From Methanobacteriota archaeon (lineage in GTDB: Archaea; Thermoplasmatota; Thermoplasmata; SG8-5; DAIRED01), in assembly GCA_043799545.1 (NCBI GenBank), contig JAZDNO010000017.1:1-16918 (forward strand): 16,918 nt of DNA, given 5' to 3'. A model generated the notes under the pieces. It worked only from the letters and a program-made list of their open reading frames with translations. It did not search any database and was not told where the DNA came from. Of this stretch, positions 15,673-16,918 are shown piece after piece (the first letter of the stretch is position 1; each line of letters starts with the position of its first letter). Position numbers and translations under genes: made by a program.

Positions 15673-16041
15673 TCAACGGTTGCGCCGAGAGAGGTGCGCG
15701 CCCATCCTTTTCATCTCCAAATCGAAACGGTCCAGAAGTTTTTCCCCTAGCCTCGTCAATCGGGAACCGCCGCCGCGCTTCCCGCCCGGCGCGGACTTGA
15801 CGACCTTGCCGCCCGCTGCCTCGGAAATCGCTTTTATTTCGGACCAGGCGTGGCTGTAGGCCATCCCCATCGAGCGGGCGGCCTCCGCGAGAGAACCGGA
15901 GGCCCTCACGCCCCGCAGCAGCTCCGCCCGCCCCTCGCCGAGGACGAAACGCGAGCCGCGCTCCAGCCAGATTTTTCCCTTGACAGCGATGGCGTTCCCA
16001 TCTCGGATGCGTTGAGATTTACCACCGTCATGAACAGCCAT
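15673..16041 (-). CDS. modE: ModE-family regulator, N-terminal wHTH domain only
   Basis: KIWLE....LGEGRAELL..V...GSLAEAARSMGMAYSHAW..I.......V....GG..GGGSRLT. No molybdate-binding Mop domain follows. RBS GGAGTGAGG upstream. Confidence 0.85.
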   Translation of the reverse strand: MAVHDGGKSQRIRDGNAIAVKGKIWLERGSRFVLGEGRAELLRGVRASGSLAEAARSMGMAYSHAWSEIKAISEAAGGKVVKSAPGGKRGGGSRLTRLGEKLLDRFDLEMKRMGAHLSRRNR

Positions 16042-16045
16042 CGCC

Positions 16046-16660
16046 TCACTCCGCCATGAACTTCACGAACTCCTCGATTGTTCGGGGCTTCAGCGTGTAG
16101 TTCGTTTTTCTCTCCTGCCCCAACGTTGAGAATGGCTGCCTTCCATAATCGTGACCCGGCAGGACGACGACGTCGTCGGGTAGTTTGGCGAGCTTGTCGA
16201 AGAAAGAATGCCAGAGGGCCTCCGCGGAGGAGCCCGGAAGGTCGGTCCTCCCACACTCTCCCACAAACAGTGTGTCGCCCGTGAACAGCGCCTTCGCCCC
16301 CGCGAGGATGCATATGCCATCCGGCGTATGTCCCGGCGTGTGCATCACCTTAAGGTCCAGCTTTCCGAGCTTCAGAACGATGCCGTCGTGGAGCGGGATG
16401 TGGTGGTGTGTCTGGCAGAGGGCGTGTGCCGCTATGCGCGCGCCGGTCGCCTTGACGAGGTCTTCGTTCGCCCCCGTGTGGTCGCCGTGGCCGTGGGTGT
16501 TGATGATGTACTTGACATCGAGCTTGAGGCCGCCAACCTCCTCCATGATTCTCGATGCGTTGGCGGACGGGTCTATGACCGCGCCCTCCAGCGTCGTCTC
16601 GTCGCCGACGATGTAGCAGAAATTGTCCATGAGCCCGAGCTTGATCTGGCGGATTATCAT
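16046..16660 (-). CDS. MBL-fold metallo-hydrolase (glyoxalase II-like)
   Basis: THGHGDH (HxHxDH), HTPGHT, LFTGDTLF, PGHDYG. Confidence 0.92.
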   Translation of the reverse strand: MIIRQIKLGLMDNFCYIVGDETTLEGAVIDPSANASRIMEEVGGLKLDVKYIINTHGHGDHTGANEDLVKATGARIAAHALCQTHHHIPLHDGIVLKLGKLDLKVMHTPGHTPDGICILAGAKALFTGDTLFVGECGRTDLPGSSAEALWHSFFDKLAKLPDDVVVLPGHDYGRQPFSTLGQERKTNYTLKPRTIEEFVKFMAE

Positions 16661-16667
16661 GCCAGCC

Positions 16668-16918
16668 CTATTTCAATCCGCCCCTCAGGGAATCCACAGT
16701 GACCTTGAACCGCCCCAGCATCTCGTCCAGCTCGCCCAGGAAATCCCTCACCCTCGGAGAGGTCATCGCCCCGTTTGCCGAAGGTAGCACCAGTCCCTCC
16801 TTCTCCAGGATGCGCAGCGAGTAGCGGACCTTGTGCTCCGGCAACTTCGTGAGCTCGGAGAGCTTAATTATCCCGATTGGCTCGTTCTTCATCACGACCT
16901 TGAGTATGGTGACGTGCC
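16668..16918 (-). CDS. Conserved archaeal small wHTH protein (COG3388-like), 5' partial
   Basis: The frame stays open to the window edge: (R)HVTILKVVMKNEPIGIIKLSELTKLPEHKVRYSLRILEKEGLVLPSANGA. Confidence 0.8.
   Translation of the reverse strand, partial: HVTILKVVMKNEPIGIIKLSELTKLPEHKVRYSLRILEKEGLVLPSANGAMTSPRVRDFLGELDEMLGRFKVTVDSLRGGLK

Overview
GC-rich archaeal chromosomal window. The LSm gene, BRE/TATA promoters, surface proteins and wHTH regulator families suggest Thermoplasmata, but that assignment is an inference. Contents in order: the 3' end of a surface protein gene; a ~225-nt non-coding, structured, internally repeated segment with its own TATA box directly upstream of an LSm (SmAP) gene; glmM-type phosphohexomutase; DUF2085 membrane protein; LarA-family nickel-pincer racemase/epimerase; a tandem Lrp/AsnC-like regulator divergent from a four-gene operon (aconitase with a single-base frameshift, type II NADP-isocitrate dehydrogenase, and both ATP-citrate lyase subunits, with no citrate synthase); a signal peptide + 5xPKD + Ig-like + TM + double wHTH transmembrane regulator; a membrane-anchored protein with two repeats resembling the molybdopterin-oxidoreductase fold, preceded by a ModE-like operator; and a minus-strand operon encoding a COG3388-like HTH protein, an MBL-fold hydrolase and a ModE N-terminal-only regulator. 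I found no tRNA, rRNA, CRISPR array or mobile element. The strongest leads are the candidate Sm-associated RNA, the ACL-based citrate/2-oxoglutarate module, the one-component PKD sensor and the putative ModE-regulated surface protein. All family calls come from motif recognition; no searches were run.
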